DNA from: Laetmonice hystrix
Taxonomy: Eukaryota
Length of the DNA: 64,000 bases
Direction: 5' to 3'
NCBI GenBank assembly: GCA_965235115.1
Contig: OZ249436.1
Span: 43,464,001-43,528,000 of the forward strand
Shown: piece by piece, positions 62,973 to 64,000 of the stretch
Layout: every line of letters starts with the position of its first letter
Numbering within the stretch: the first letter of the stretch is position 1
Program-made: the position numbers and the translations under genes
The notes under the pieces: generated by a model
What the model was told of the DNA's origin: nothing
Databases searched by the model: none
What the model saw: only the letters and a program-made list of their open reading frames with translations

Positions 62973-63367
62973 TTACGTTTGGTTCTGTTAATCCCTGTTA
63001 ATACATTTTTTTAGGGATGTCTTCTCCACTTTTACGGCCGTTTTTATTCCTTTCATTCCAGTGGGTCGCGTTTTACAATTTTCTCTTAATCTAGCTTACT
63101 ATAGCGGTACATATTGACACAAAACAGATTTGTAAAACTAAAGCTCCGCTGGTGGTAACGGGCCTGATCGTGTATGACCTGTGGCGCCCGCTCCCTCGTG
63201 AAGGCCACTCATGGACACCACTGGACGGCTACTGACAGACCCCAGGCCGCTGCCCCGGATATAACTCAACAAAGATGGCGGAGATGTTGCAGGCGCGACG
63301 TTTGCCAAGGCAATAACATCAGATCGACATAATTGACTTCGTGAAACGGAAGATAACGATAGGTTAC

Positions 63368-63824
63368 CACTCGGAACACCGACGCTGCTTCTGATTGGCT
63401 GTTTCTAGGTCATATCCGGAGGCGAAGCAGGCCTCGGATGTATGAAGCGGCCATTTTCCCGTTTTTCGTGCAAAGTAGTGTAAAGCGGTCGCACATGAAC
63501 ACAGAGAGTAAATAGTCGACCCCTACGCACAGGCACATAGGCCTAGTTCAAATATAATTTCTCATCATACCTATACCTCGAATTTTCTATCGCGGAGACA
63601 AAACAGTCTCTACTTCACCTGGGAGGAAACCCAGATATTCTGACTTTGTATAAAGTCCGACACTAGGCAGTTCTACATTTTCGGCACGGCGGCAGCGCGC
63701 GAGTTTGTTGTTTACATCCGGGTCAGTGGTCCCGACCTAGCCACCCACCCACGCCACCCCCCAGCATGGCGACCTTCGTCGTACAGCCGAGATATGACGG
63801 AGTCAATCGTGGGTGAGCCGAGTG
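63368..63824. mobile_element. 457-bp TIR element with 10-bp TSD inserted in a tRNA spacer
   Basis: TIR cactcggaacacc / ggtgagccgagtg; TSD gataggttac at 63358-63367 and 63825-63834. Confidence 0.88.
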
Positions 63825-63916
63825 GATAGGTTACATCAGGAAAATAACTCGGTAAAAAACGGAATGAATATATGGGAAGTGGGACGAAAAAATGGTTGCG
63901 ACAAATCATTTGATAC

Positions 63917-63988
63917 TGACCCCGACGTGATTCGAACACGCAACCTTCTGATCTGGAGTCAGACGCGCTAACGTTGCGCCACGGAGTC
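63917..63988 (-). tRNA. trnW: tRNA-Trp(CCA) copy 11, possibly defective
   Basis: Invariant D-loop GG changed to GT. Confidence 0.8.
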
Positions 63989-64000
63989 CTCTGATCTACA

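Noticed and set aside
58458..63988. Suppressor or selenocysteine tRNA, or tRNA-derived SINE
   Set aside because: All anticodons are CCA, 72-nt standard cloverleaf, no common SINE body or tail following the tRNA

Overview
AT-moderate, repeat-rich genomic DNA of an invertebrate animal (species not determinable from the sequence). It holds: (1) the last 16 coding exons of a cGMP-dependent protein kinase (PKG; CNB-A, CNB-B, kinase, AGC tail) on the + strand, 4677-22720, with every junction read by hand and phase-consistent, about 602 aa visible and the N-terminal exons upstream of the window; (2) a convergent minus-strand gene with a 468-codon exon (31350-32752) of unknown function; (3) a + strand gene for a two-TM protein preceded by a 15-bp pentapeptide repeat (about 52963/52994-55633, candidate first exon 47369-47479); (4) a cluster of at least 11 tRNA-Trp(CCA) genes on the minus strand (58458-63988) with shuffled spacer modules; (5) several non-autonomous DNA transposons and about 30 minisatellite arrays. 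The most striking pattern is that many arrays are not random: their units are copies of functional gene boundaries (five 3' splice sites, three 5' splice sites, one start codon, one stop codon). This creates runs of decoy splice sites and uORFs, with the functional copy always at the coding-side end of the array.
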